This document shows, one piece after another, positions 39,301 through 47,691 of a stretch of DNA of 64,000 nt. The stretch's first letter is position 1. Each line of letters starts with the position of its first letter. A program made the translations under genes and the position numbers. The notes under the pieces were generated by a model. That model ran no database searches. It worked only from the letters and a program-made list of their open reading frames with translations, and was not told the origin of the DNA. Source of the DNA: Nitrospirota bacterium (lineage in GTDB: Bacteria > Nitrospirota > Thermodesulfovibrionia > UBA6902); NCBI GenBank assembly GCA_016214845.1, contig JACRMS010000032.1:18655-82654 (forward strand), written 5' to 3'.

Positions 39301-39631
39301 CGCCTTCGGCGTGCTTCCACTGGCAATCGCGATGGGGGCAGGCGCAAACGCCCGGCACTCCATCGGCACCGGGATCATCGGCGGCATGATCGGCGAGACG
39401 ACTTTGGCAATGCTTTATGTTCCGCTTTTGTTCTACATCTTTGACCGGCTTGGCGAGCGCTCAAAAGAAAAGAAGAAGACTAAAGTAACCAGCGGGAAAA
39501 CTCTCACGGGCGGAGGCGCGGTTGAAAATGTTCCGCAGGCGGAGCATGTGGATGCCCCGGCGATAACATCATCCATGTCATCAAAGGTCAAGCTTGAAAA
39601 TGCGCCTCGAGAGGAGCAGTTGGATGATTGA
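36350..39631 (+). CDS. RND efflux permease (HAE1 family, AcrB/MexB-like) with C-terminal extension
   Basis: 1093 aa, N-terminal MFSKFFIERPIFA, 12-TM architecture. GTG start with AAGGGG RBS. Confidence 0.9.
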   Translation: MFSKFFIERPIFATVIATIICLAGLVAMQALPVEQYPKITPVQVTVTTTYPGADSQTLADSVAAPIEAQINGVDNMLYMSSASSSNGQLTLTVYFTLDTDPDIAQVQVQNRVSLAMPQLPDAVVQQGVQVQKKASSIMMLIGVLAKGGRYSSEYIANYANVYVLDAIKRVPGAGQAQIMGVPDQAMRIWLDPDRMASLGITTSDIQQAVASQNALYGAGQIGQEPTSGPVQLTFPVVTQRPFTRPEEYENIILRASRDGSSIVHLKDVAHAEVGLMQYVIDSKLNGTPATFIVVYQQPGANGLEVSEAVRKTLEEIRPRFPEGIDYAISLDTNDFVRISIKEVEDTLFEAIILVVLVVYLFLQSLRSTIICAVAIVVALVSTFTGMLALGFSINMLTLFGLVLAIGMVVDDAIVVVENVERNMARFHLSPKEATIKAMGEISSSLVAVVLVMASVFIPAAFLPGTTGQLYKQFAITIVISVAVSGFVALTLTPAMCGVLLKHSEPTTRGFFAWFNRGVDGITRGFGSAVTLVIKRMIIAFVILAVLVYSIIHLFKTLPTSFVPNEDLGYVMTAIIMPDAASLERGRSVADRTEAIFKKIPGVEDRTQFTGYSLLDSGYKTNAGTFFVTLKPFEERYSSAKKAIAENARAVLMNLNREARGISEGLVIPVAPPSIPGIGTTGGFEFWIQDTGAGEPARLDELTQQFINKARQRPELSGLSTTFRATTQQLSADVNREKANLLGVPVKDVYSAIQAQFGSLVVSQYNEFSRVWRVILQSEPKYRQDPGDLTRLYTRSSEGEMVPLSALVTTRWVTGPDLLPHFNGFPAAKVNGNAAPGYSSGQAIAAMEEVAGEVLPHGYTVAWSGLAFEEKKSGGTSAIAFVFGLIIVFLVLAAQYESWTLPCSVMMAVPFGVLGALTANWLRGLQNDVYFQIGLLVLIGLGAKNAILRVSFAVELRKQGKSIMEATIEAGEQRLRPIIMTSLAFAFGVLPLAIAMGAGANARHSIGTGIIGGMIGETTLAMLYVPLLFYIFDRLGERSKEKKKTKVTSGKTLTGGGAVENVPQAEHVDAPAITSSMSSKVKLENAPREEQLDD

Positions 39632-41072
39632 TATGCGAATGCTTTTTGCTGCCGCGTTTGCCATCTTTCTCACCGGCTGCATGGCCGGGCCGGATTATGT
39701 GCGGCCTAAGGTTGATGTGCCTGCCGCTTTTATTTACGAAGAGAAAGAAGTCCGTGACACCGCGAACACCGGGTGGTGGAAACAGTTCCAGGACCCGGCG
39801 CTTGACGCCCTGATCACCGAGGCGCTTGCCAACAACAGGAATATCAGGATCGCTGCCGCAAATGTAGAACAGGCCGCCGCCGTGCTGATGCAGGTACGGT
39901 CGCCGCTCTTCCCGCAGATCGGATACAGCGGCAGCGGTGCGAGACAGCGCGCAAGCGAGTCCGGGGCCGAACTTCTTTTTTCAATAGTGCCAAACCCGCA
40001 GTCTACATATCAGGCGCTTGCAAGCGCGAGCTGGGAGATAGACCTGTGGGGCCGCATCCGGCGGCTCTCCGAGGCTGCGCAGGCGGACCTGTTTGCAACA
40101 GAGGAAGCGCGGCGGGGGGTAATCCTTTCCCTCGTTTCATCAGTGGCAGGCAACTATGTCCAACTCCTCGGCCTCGATGAGCAGCTCGTAATTTCAAAAC
40201 GCACGCTCGAAACATATGCCGAATCGGTCAAAATTTTTGAACTGCGTTTCAAGTACGGCCAGGTGTCACAGATGAACGTTGAGCAGGCGCGCACCCAATA
40301 CGAAACTGCCGCATCCGCAATCCCGCAGATAGAATCGCAGATCGCCCAGACCGAGAACGCTCTCTCGGTCCTGACCGGGCGCAATCCGGGGCATATCACT
40401 CGCGGAAAGACGATCAATGAGCTTATGCTGCCCGCTGTTCCCGCGGGACTTCCAGCGGATGTTCTCATGAACCGTCCCGACATTCGCCAGGCCGAACAGA
40501 ATCTTATCTCGGCCAACGCGCAGATCGGCGCGGCCAGGGCGCTCTACTTTCCTTCAATTTCCCTTACCGGGGCCTATGGGTTTGAAAGCCCGGATCTGTC
40601 CGATCTTTTTAAGGGCCCTGCGCGGGTCTGGAGTTATGCCGGGTCTTTCACAGGGCCAATATTTACAGGAGGCGCTATCTACGGACAGGTAAAGCAGGCC
40701 GAGGCAATACAGAAGGCCGCGCTCCTCAACTACGAATTAACTGTCCAGAATTCTTTCGCGGACGTCGAGAACGCGTTGGTTGCCCGCAAGAAACTTGTCG
40801 AGCAGGTCCAGGCGCAGGAGCGCCTCATCAGAGCGAGCGGCGAGTATGTCCGCCTCGCACAGCTTCAGTACGACGGCGGGTACGCGCCCTATTCGACAGT
40901 GCTCCAGGCCGAGCAGCAGCTTTTTCCCGCCGAACTCAACTACGCACAGTACCGCGTCGCGTTGTTCACCTCACTTGTAAACATTTACAAGGCCATGGGC
41001 GGCGGCTGGGTAGCCGTGGCAGACCGGATGACTACGGCAATAAGTCAAGACGCAGCAAACAGAGGACAATAA
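39624..41072 (+). CDS. RND efflux outer-membrane factor lipoprotein (NodT/OprM family)
   Basis: Lipobox LTGC. The ATG at 39624 overlaps the permease stop and has GAGGAG upstream. Confidence 0.8.
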   Translation: MIDMRMLFAAAFAIFLTGCMAGPDYVRPKVDVPAAFIYEEKEVRDTANTGWWKQFQDPALDALITEALANNRNIRIAAANVEQAAAVLMQVRSPLFPQIGYSGSGARQRASESGAELLFSIVPNPQSTYQALASASWEIDLWGRIRRLSEAAQADLFATEEARRGVILSLVSSVAGNYVQLLGLDEQLVISKRTLETYAESVKIFELRFKYGQVSQMNVEQARTQYETAASAIPQIESQIAQTENALSVLTGRNPGHITRGKTINELMLPAVPAGLPADVLMNRPDIRQAEQNLISANAQIGAARALYFPSISLTGAYGFESPDLSDLFKGPARVWSYAGSFTGPIFTGGAIYGQVKQAEAIQKAALLNYELTVQNSFADVENALVARKKLVEQVQAQERLIRASGEYVRLAQLQYDGGYAPYSTVLQAEQQLFPAELNYAQYRVALFTSLVNIYKAMGGGWVAVADRMTTAISQDAANRGQ

Positions 41073-41096
41073 TTCTCCCCGCAGATTACAGACCGT

Positions 41097-41118
41097 CAGG
41101 CATTTTAGAAAATGCCTG
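41097..41118 (+). terminator. Hairpin terminator candidate after the RND efflux operon
   Basis: Perfect CAGGCATTT-tag-AAATGCCTG (9-bp stem); the downstream T content is modest. Confidence 0.35.
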
Positions 41119-41125
41119 ATCTGTC

Positions 41126-41198
41126 ATTCTGAATTCATTTCAGAATCTCATACTTTCAGAATGTAAAAAATGCTGAGATCCTGAAACAAGTTCAGGAT
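41126..41198. repeat. Upstream pair of CTGAA/TTCAG hairpin repeats (H1 ATTCTGAATTCATTTCAGAAT at 41126-46; H2 ATCCTGAAACAAGTTCAGGAT at 41178-98)
   Basis: Each has an 8-bp stem and a 5-nt loop. The pair is mirrored in inverted orientation downstream of the aminopeptidase gene. Confidence 0.7.
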
Positions 41199-41260
41199 GA
41201 CAATTGTCGTTTAGGCTGCTTTGCTGCAGCTTCTTTATTTATTCATGTATAATTTAATTC

Positions 41261-42364
41261 ATGAAAGATCAGATCGGTAATGCCATAGACAACATATTTA
41301 AAATTAACCTCGGAGTGAAGAAGACGGAAAGGGTCATTGTCTTCACAGACGGATATAACAGCAAGCTGAGAAAGATCACAAAGCGTATTGCGGAGGCAGG
41401 GATAAACTTTACTCCGCACATCTGCTGCATCGAATACCAGCCAACAGGCAGTCATGGGGTTGAGCCGCCGGAGGGGATGTGGAGAGAGGCATTCGGAGAG
41501 AATGTTCATAAGGAAATAAAACGCAGAAAACTTTTCAAACCCCTTCTCGCCAAAAAAACTTCGGAGGCTCAGAACAGGGAGATCGAAAAAATTATAAAGG
41601 CGCACAGGGAAGAAGCCGTTGACGCGGTGATCGCGCTTTCATATTATTCAACAAGCCACACGAAATTCAGGGACATGTTAAACCGCATCTGCGGGACGAG
41701 ATACGCGAGTATGCCGCTCTTTGACGAGGAAATGCTTGAAGGAGCGATGAGGGTAAATTACAAGACGATGCTTGAGCGGACAACAAAGATCGCCGTAGCA
41801 GTGAACAAGAGCGAAGAGATAGAGATCAAAACCCCGAACGGGACTTTTATCACGCTTTCAAAAAAAGGCCGTGAGGCGAAAGCAGACACAGGCATTATCA
41901 AAAAGTCCGGGACATTCAGCAACCTCCCGGCAGGAGAGGTCTACCTCGCCCCGCTTGAAGGCACTGCAAACGGCAGACTCGTGCTTGACTGGGCTCCGAC
42001 AAGAAAATTGAAAAGTCCGATGACCCTTCTTGTTGAAAAAGGCATGGCGACAAAGGTTGAGGGCAAAGAGAAGTACGTAGAATATTTACGGTCAAAGCTT
42101 TCCGAAAAAAAGGAGAACGCAAATATAGCGGAACTCGGAATAGGCACGAACGACAAGGCCTCACGGCCTGACAACATTCTTGAGTCGGAAAAGATCTTCG
42201 GCACGATCCATATCGCCCTTGGAGACAACAGCACCTTCGGCGGAAAAGTCAGGGCGTCATTTCACCAGGACTTTGTTTTTTTCAAACCCACAGTGACATT
42301 GGTTTATAAAAACGGAAGGAAAAAGGTTCTTCTGAAAGCCGGAAAGATTTCCAACAAGCTGTAA
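41261..42364 (+). CDS. Aminopeptidase, peptidase family M29 (AmpS/aminopeptidase T-like)
   Basis: 367 aa; GEVYLAP, ELGIGTN and HIALGDN motifs typical of M29. Confidence 0.65.
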   Translation: MKDQIGNAIDNIFKINLGVKKTERVIVFTDGYNSKLRKITKRIAEAGINFTPHICCIEYQPTGSHGVEPPEGMWREAFGENVHKEIKRRKLFKPLLAKKTSEAQNREIEKIIKAHREEAVDAVIALSYYSTSHTKFRDMLNRICGTRYASMPLFDEEMLEGAMRVNYKTMLERTTKIAVAVNKSEEIEIKTPNGTFITLSKKGREAKADTGIIKKSGTFSNLPAGEVYLAPLEGTANGRLVLDWAPTRKLKSPMTLLVEKGMATKVEGKEKYVEYLRSKLSEKKENANIAELGIGTNDKASRPDNILESEKIFGTIHIALGDNSTFGGKVRASFHQDFVFFKPTVTLVYKNGRKKVLLKAGKISNKL

Positions 42365-42370
42365 AATGTC

Positions 42371-42438
42371 ATGCTGAACTTGTTTCAGCATCCGCCGTAA
42401 TCTATAGCAGCATAAAGACCCTGAAATGAATTCAGGGT
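42371..42438. repeat. Downstream pair of hairpin repeats in inverted orientation (H2' ATGCTGAACTTGTTTCAGCAT at 42371-91; H1' ACCCTGAAATGAATTCAGGGT at 42418-38)
   Basis: The loops CTTGT and ATGAA are reverse complements of the upstream loops ACAAG and TTCAT. Hairpin spacing is ~30 nt in both pairs (26 nt downstream, 31 nt upstream), giving a similarly spaced nested H1-H2-gene-H2'-H1' arrangement. Confidence 0.7.
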
Positions 42439-42476
42439 GACAAAATTACACCTTCATGAAGAGGGGAATTCCGAGT

Positions 42477-43769
42477 TTACTTGAACACCCTCTTGAATAT
42501 ATAATTCACGTTCTTCAGGTAATAGGACAGATCAAAGAGCTTTTCTATTTCTTTTGAGGAGAGATAATTTTTTATCTCTTTGTCTTCTTTTAAAAACTCC
42601 TTAAACTCCCTTTTGCCGCTCCAGCTTTCCATGGCGTTTCTCTGCACAAACTGATAGGCGTCCTCCCGGCTCATTCCTTTTTCAATCAGGGCAAGCAGGA
42701 CTCGCTGCGAATTGTAAAGCCCGAAGCTTTTATTGATGTTCTCAAGCATCCTCTCCGGGTAAACGTTGAGCCCTTTGAGGATATTAGTCAGCCTCACAAG
42801 CATGTAGTCAATGAGTATGGTGCTGTCCGGTATGATTATCCTTTCAACGGAAGAATGGCTGATGTCCCTCTCGTGCCACAGCGCGATATTTTCCATTGCC
42901 GCCATCGCGTTTGAACGCACAACGCGCGCAAGCCCGCTCAGGTTTTCGCATCCGATAGGGTTCCGTTTGTGCGGCATCGCGGAAGAGCCTTTCTGGCCCT
43001 TCTCAAACGGCTCCTCGGCCTCAAGCACCTCTGTCCGCTGGAGATGCCTGATCTCAACGGCGATCTTTTCAATTGTCCCTGCCACGAGCGCAAGGGCGTT
43101 CATGAATTCAGCATGACGGTCTCTCTGGACTATCTGGGTTGAAACCGGAGCGGGCTGCAGACCGAGTTCCTTGCAAACATGCTGCTCAATGAACGGAGGG
43201 ATGTTTGAAAAGGTCCCGACCGGGCCTGAAAGCTTTCCGTAGCTTATGGTTTCCTTAGCGCACTGCAGGCGGAAGAGGTTGCGCTTCATCTCTTCATACC
43301 ACAGGGCAAACACAAGTCCGAAAGTTGTAGGCTCCGCGTGAATGCCATGGCTCCTTCCCATACGAAGTGTGTTTTTATATTTGACGGCGTTTGCTTTCAG
43401 CACCTTCAAAAGTTCTTTGACATCGCTGATGATAATGTCCGAGGCCTCTCTCATCTGAAGCGCGAGTGCGGTATCGAGAACGTCTGAAGATGTAAGTCCC
43501 TTGTGGATGAAGCGTGAATCCGGGCCGACATTTTCGGCAACAGATGTAAGGAATGCAATGACGTCATGCTTGACGGTCTTTTCAATTTTATCGATACGCT
43601 TGATGTTGAACGCCGCCTTTTTCCTTATCACGGCAAGGCTCTTCTTCGGGACCGCTCCAAGCTTTGCCCATGCCCCGCAGGCCGCGATCTCAACATCGAG
43701 CCACTTCTGATATTTATTCTCCGGCTCCCATATTTTTGCCATCTCAGGCCTTGTGTAACGTGGTATCAT
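42477..43769 (-). CDS. purB: Adenylosuccinate lyase
   Basis: 430 aa; fumarate-lyase signature region GSSAMPHKRNP. Confidence 0.9.
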   Translation of the reverse strand: MIPRYTRPEMAKIWEPENKYQKWLDVEIAACGAWAKLGAVPKKSLAVIRKKAAFNIKRIDKIEKTVKHDVIAFLTSVAENVGPDSRFIHKGLTSSDVLDTALALQMREASDIIISDVKELLKVLKANAVKYKNTLRMGRSHGIHAEPTTFGLVFALWYEEMKRNLFRLQCAKETISYGKLSGPVGTFSNIPPFIEQHVCKELGLQPAPVSTQIVQRDRHAEFMNALALVAGTIEKIAVEIRHLQRTEVLEAEEPFEKGQKGSSAMPHKRNPIGCENLSGLARVVRSNAMAAMENIALWHERDISHSSVERIIIPDSTILIDYMLVRLTNILKGLNVYPERMLENINKSFGLYNSQRVLLALIEKGMSREDAYQFVQRNAMESWSGKREFKEFLKEDKEIKNYLSSKEIEKLFDLSYYLKNVNYIFKRVFK

Positions 43770-43785
43770 AAATTATTCTCCTATA

Positions 43786-44226
43786 TCATCCAGACGACTT
43801 TTTTGCTTTCTTGCCGGACCCCGGTGTCATTAAGCGCGCGATCTTGTCCAGAATGCCGTTTATAAACGGAGAGGATTCTTCCGTTGAGTATTTCTTGGCT
43901 ATTTCGAGGGCTTCGTTCATCACGACCGAAGGGGGGATGTCCTTTCTGTAAAGGAGTTCATATGTGGCGGCCCGGAGGATGTTCCTGTCTATGACAGCCA
44001 TTCTTTCGAGGGACCAGTGTTCAGCGGCTTTTTTTATTGTTGCGTCTATTTCAGCAAGATTTTTCCGGGTGTTTACAACTATGTCACGGGTGAAGTCCTT
44101 TACCGCATCTTCTTCTTTAATGTTTTCCCAGAACTCCTTCCACACGTCTTCATTGAATTCTCCGCCTGTGAGGTCAAGCTGAAAGAGGATTTGCAAAGCG
44201 TACTCTCTGGATCTTCGGCGTTTCAT
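43786..44226 (-). CDS. nusB: Transcription antitermination factor NusB
   Basis: 146 aa, REYALQILFQLD N-terminus; located downstream of the rib genes as in many bacteria. Confidence 0.85.
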   Translation of the reverse strand: MKRRRSREYALQILFQLDLTGGEFNEDVWKEFWENIKEEDAVKDFTRDIVVNTRKNLAEIDATIKKAAEHWSLERMAVIDRNILRAATYELLYRKDIPPSVVMNEALEIAKKYSTEESSPFINGILDKIARLMTPGSGKKAKKSSG

Positions 44227-44296
44227 AAGGCAGTGACGCGTGACAAGTAGGGGCGGGTTTTAAACCCGCCCCTACAGGAGATTTGCTTATAAATTT

Positions 44297-44758
44297 TCAT
44301 AATTTTTTTAGCAGCTGCGCCATTTCAATTGCAACCATTGCGGCGTCCCAGCCTTTGTTGCCGCTCTTGGTCCCTGCGCGCTCAACGGCCTGCTCAATCG
44401 TATCGGTTGTCAGTACGCCGAATGCGATCGGGACCCCTGTTTCCATCGAAGCCGTGGCAATTCCCTTTGAGGCTTCAGCGGCAACATAATCAAAATGCGG
44501 GGTCGCGCCCCGGATAACTGTTCCAAGACATATCACTGCGTCGTATGATTTCTTTTGGGCGGCCTTCTTCGCTACGAGCGGCAGTTCAAAGGCGCCGGGG
44601 ACTTTTATAATATCAATGTTCTTTTCCAAAGCGCCGTGCCTTATCAGTGCGTCAACAGCGCCGTCAAGGAGCTTGCCGGTGATGAAGTCATTAAAGCGGC
44701 TTACGATTATTGCAAATTTAAGTCCTTCTGCCTGAAGCTCACCTTCAAATCTTTTCAT
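44297..44758 (-). CDS. ribH: 6,7-dimethyl-8-ribityllumazine synthase
   Basis: [21 protein letters not shown]. The ATG at 44758 has GGGAGG upstream; the ORF-track start is 44803. Confidence 0.85.
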   Translation of the reverse strand: MKRFEGELQAEGLKFAIIVSRFNDFITGKLLDGAVDALIRHGALEKNIDIIKVPGAFELPLVAKKAAQKKSYDAVICLGTVIRGATPHFDYVAAEASKGIATASMETGVPIAFGVLTTDTIEQAVERAGTKSGNKGWDAAMVAIEMAQLLKKL

Positions 44759-44866
44759 AATCCCTCCCTTGAATAGCATAGCGCAAAGGGCATAGGGCAA
44801 CAAGTTTCATTGTTGCTTGCACAACCCTTTGCTCTTTGCGCTATGCCCTTTGCATTTTTAAATAAT

Positions 44867-46084
44867 TTATACATTTTCAAGCATATGTCCGAGCTTTTTC
44901 TTTTTTACAGAAAGGTATTTTATGTTTTTCTCATGAGGCGCTATCTCGACCGGGACCCTTTCAACAATGCGCAGTCCGTAGCCTTCAAGGCCGATAAGTT
45001 TTTTGGGATTGTTTGTCATCAACTTTATCTTGCGCACGCCGAGGTTGACGAGTATCTGCGCGCCTATGCCGTAATCCCGCAGATCAGGTTTGAAACCAAG
45101 CTTCACGTTTGCCTCAACCGTGTCAAATCCTTTGTCCTGCAAGGCATACGCCTTAAGCTTATTGACAATACCGATGCCCCTGCCTTCCTGTTTCATATAA
45201 AGCAGCACGCCCCTGCCTTCTTTCTTTATCAGCGCAAGCGCCTTGTGCAGCTGCTCCCCGCAGTCGCATCTCTTGGAGCCGAACACGTCGCCGGTAAGGC
45301 ACTCTGAGTGGACTCTAACAAGCGTATCTTTTTCAGGAGAGATGTCGCCTTTTACAAGCGCTATATGGACGGAATCATCAACCATGTTGCCAAAGGCAAT
45401 GGCCGTAAATTCGCCACCATGTGCGGTGGGGATTGTCGTCGTAGCGAGCCTTGTCACAAGGCATTCATTACGCATCCTGTATTGGATCAGGTCTTTTATA
45501 GTGACCATTTTTAAGCCGTGTTTGCGCGCGAACTTTGCAAGCTGCGGTACCCTTGACATTGTGCCGTCGTCATTCATTATCTCGCAAATGACGCCTGAGT
45601 GATTAAGCCCCGCTAAACGCGCAAGGTCTACGGAGCCTTCCGTCTGTCCGGCGCGCTGGAGCACGCCGCCGGGCTGCGCGCGCAACGGGAATATATGCCC
45701 GGGTATCGCAAGGTCTTCGGGTTTGCATTTCGGATTTATCGCTGTCTTGATGGTCTTGGCCCTGTCATGTGCTGAGATGCCTGTGGTAACTCCCTTTCTC
45801 GCTTCAATGGAGACAGTGAATGCGGTGCCGAACCTGGAGGTATTCATGTCAGCCATCATCGGCAGTTTAAGGGCCTCAACTTTTTCAGAAGTCATTGAGA
45901 GGCAGATAAGCCCCCTGCCGTATTTAGCCATGAAGTTTATCGTCTCCGGCGTTACTTTCTCGGCGGCAATGGTAAGGTCGCCCTCATTCTCCCTGTCCTC
46001 ATCGTCAACGAGAATGATCATCCTTCCATTTTTTATATCGTCAATCGCTTCGTCAATGGTGTTGAATTTATATTTGCCTTTCAT
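44867..46084 (-). CDS. ribBA: Bifunctional 3,4-dihydroxy-2-butanone-4-phosphate synthase / GTP cyclohydrolase II
   Basis: DHBP synthase N-terminal (ENEGDL) and GCHII C-terminal (CDCG) halves. The ATG at 46084 has GAGGAG upstream. Confidence 0.9.
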   Translation of the reverse strand: MKGKYKFNTIDEAIDDIKNGRMIILVDDEDRENEGDLTIAAEKVTPETINFMAKYGRGLICLSMTSEKVEALKLPMMADMNTSRFGTAFTVSIEARKGVTTGISAHDRAKTIKTAINPKCKPEDLAIPGHIFPLRAQPGGVLQRAGQTEGSVDLARLAGLNHSGVICEIMNDDGTMSRVPQLAKFARKHGLKMVTIKDLIQYRMRNECLVTRLATTTIPTAHGGEFTAIAFGNMVDDSVHIALVKGDISPEKDTLVRVHSECLTGDVFGSKRCDCGEQLHKALALIKKEGRGVLLYMKQEGRGIGIVNKLKAYALQDKGFDTVEANVKLGFKPDLRDYGIGAQILVNLGVRKIKLMTNNPKKLIGLEGYGLRIVERVPVEIAPHEKNIKYLSVKKKKLGHMLENV

Positions 46085-46134
46085 CGTTCTCCTCAAAAAG
46101 CTATTAGCTATTAGCTGTAAGCTGACAGCCTTTG

Positions 46135-46776
46135 TTATGCAAACCCTTCCTCTTTCAGAAGGTCCATTAGTGCTTTGTCATTATCTTTTCTGCCGAGAAA
46201 TTTTTCAACATATTTCCCTATAATGTCTGCCTCAAGGTTCACCCTGCCGCCGATACCTTTTTCTCCGAGGTTAGTGGCCTTGAGAGTGTGAGGTATGATG
46301 GCGATGCTGAAAGACCGGTTGCCAGGTTCTACCACTGTCAGGCTTATGCCGTCAACTGTTATGGAGCCCTTCCTGACAATGTATTTTAAAACTTCCGCCG
46401 GCGCTTCAAAAGTGAAAAAAGTATATTCCCCGGCGGTCTTTCTTTCTTTTATTGTCCCGACGCCGTCCACATGACCTGTTACAAGATGCCCGCCGAGACG
46501 GTCTGATAATCTCAACGCGCGTTCAAGGTTCACCCTGTCGCTTACCTTAAGCTCCCCGAGGTTAGTGCTGCGTATTGTCTCGGGCGAGACGTCAAAGGAT
46601 AACCCCCCCATCCCCGTGGGGTTTATCGTAACGGTAAGGCACACGCCGTTGACGGCGATGCTTTCGCCAAGCTGTGTTTCAAAATCAGAAGATGGTTTCA
46701 GGGACAGCCTGATGCCGTTCCCTGTTTTTTCAACAGAAGAGATTGTTCCCATTGTCTCAACCAGTCCAGTAAACAT
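46135..46776 (-). CDS. ribE: Riboflavin synthase (alpha subunit)
   Basis: [13 protein letters not shown]-terminus and two lumazine-binding repeats. Confidence 0.85.
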   Translation of the reverse strand: MFTGLVETMGTISSVEKTGNGIRLSLKPSSDFETQLGESIAVNGVCLTVTINPTGMGGLSFDVSPETIRSTNLGELKVSDRVNLERALRLSDRLGGHLVTGHVDGVGTIKERKTAGEYTFFTFEAPAEVLKYIVRKGSITVDGISLTVVEPGNRSFSIAIIPHTLKATNLGEKGIGGRVNLEADIIGKYVEKFLGRKDNDKALMDLLKEEGFA

Positions 46777-46790
46777 ATTAGTTCAATTTT

Positions 46791-46871
46791 CCACAGATAG
46801 CGCAGATTTTTTTATTTCAAGTTACAAATCATTTATTTAGTAGTCTGTGTCATCTGCGAAATCTGCGGATG
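46791..46871. repeat. ~80-nt element bounded by inverted repeats CCACAGAT...CAGATTT / AAATCTG...ATCTGCGG (copy A)
   Basis: Left end ccacagatagcgcagattttttt; right end catctgcgaaatctgcggatg. A similar element lies at 55814-55884. Confidence 0.4.
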
Positions 46872-46880
46872 TCTTTATTA

Positions 46881-47591
46881 CTAATGTAAAAGCTTGCCGA
46901 TCCTGCCCCAGCGGACTTTACTCAACATGCCGCCGTCGTTGTCCCACGACCAGTACATTATAAACGCCTTGCCCTTTATATCATCCATAGGGACAACACC
47001 CCAGAAACGGCTGTCATAGCTTTGGTCCCTGTTATCTCCCATCGCAAAAATAGTATTGCGGGGAACAACAAAAGGCCCGAAATTGTCCCTTTGTGCAGTT
47101 TCAGTGTTGCTGTCATAATGGACTATATAAGGTTCATTTTGCAAGACGCCGTTTACGTACAGCTTTTTGTTCTTTATCTCGATCTTGTCACCCCCGACGC
47201 CGACAACCCTTTTTATGAAATCCCTGCATTCGTCCTGAAACAGATAAGCCATATTCCCCTTCTGCCAGGCGGCCTCAAACCGTGAAGAGATGTTTTTGAC
47301 GGCACTCGTGCATTCCGGTTTTTCCTTATTCAGCGGAAACGAGAAGACAACGATATCGCCTTTTTTGGGCGTGTTGAAGATCAGAAATCTTGAGCCGGTC
47401 AGCGGGACCTTTATCCCGTAAGTAAACTTGTTTACCAGTATGTGGTCGCCGATAAGCAGCGTGGGGATCATGGAACCGGAGGGGATCTTAAACGCCTGCA
47501 CCACAAAGGCCCTTATAAAAAGCGCCAGGATTATGGCGATGGAAATTGCCTCAACGTATTCACGAAATTTTGATTTTCTTCCTTTAGCCAA
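46881..47591 (-). CDS. lepB: Signal peptidase I
   Basis: SGSMIPTL catalytic Ser box and GDNRDQSYDSRFWG. Confidence 0.9.
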   Translation of the reverse strand: MAKGRKSKFREYVEAISIAIILALFIRAFVVQAFKIPSGSMIPTLLIGDHILVNKFTYGIKVPLTGSRFLIFNTPKKGDIVVFSFPLNKEKPECTSAVKNISSRFEAAWQKGNMAYLFQDECRDFIKRVVGVGGDKIEIKNKKLYVNGVLQNEPYIVHYDSNTETAQRDNFGPFVVPRNTIFAMGDNRDQSYDSRFWGVVPMDDIKGKAFIMYWSWDNDGGMLSKVRWGRIGKLLH

Positions 47592-47691
47592 CGTGTTTCT
47601 CCTAATTTACGTCATTTCGATTTGTTCGGAATCGTTCTTTAAAAAAGATTCCCGGCAAGCGGGAATGACAATAAAAACAATGATGCATTTT

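Noticed and set aside
46777-46880. FMN riboswitch expected upstream of the rib genes
   Set aside because: The intergenic region is only ~100 nt and lacks the conserved FMN-aptamer blocks. ribD is also absent, so the rib genes are probably co-transcribed with lepB or otherwise regulated.
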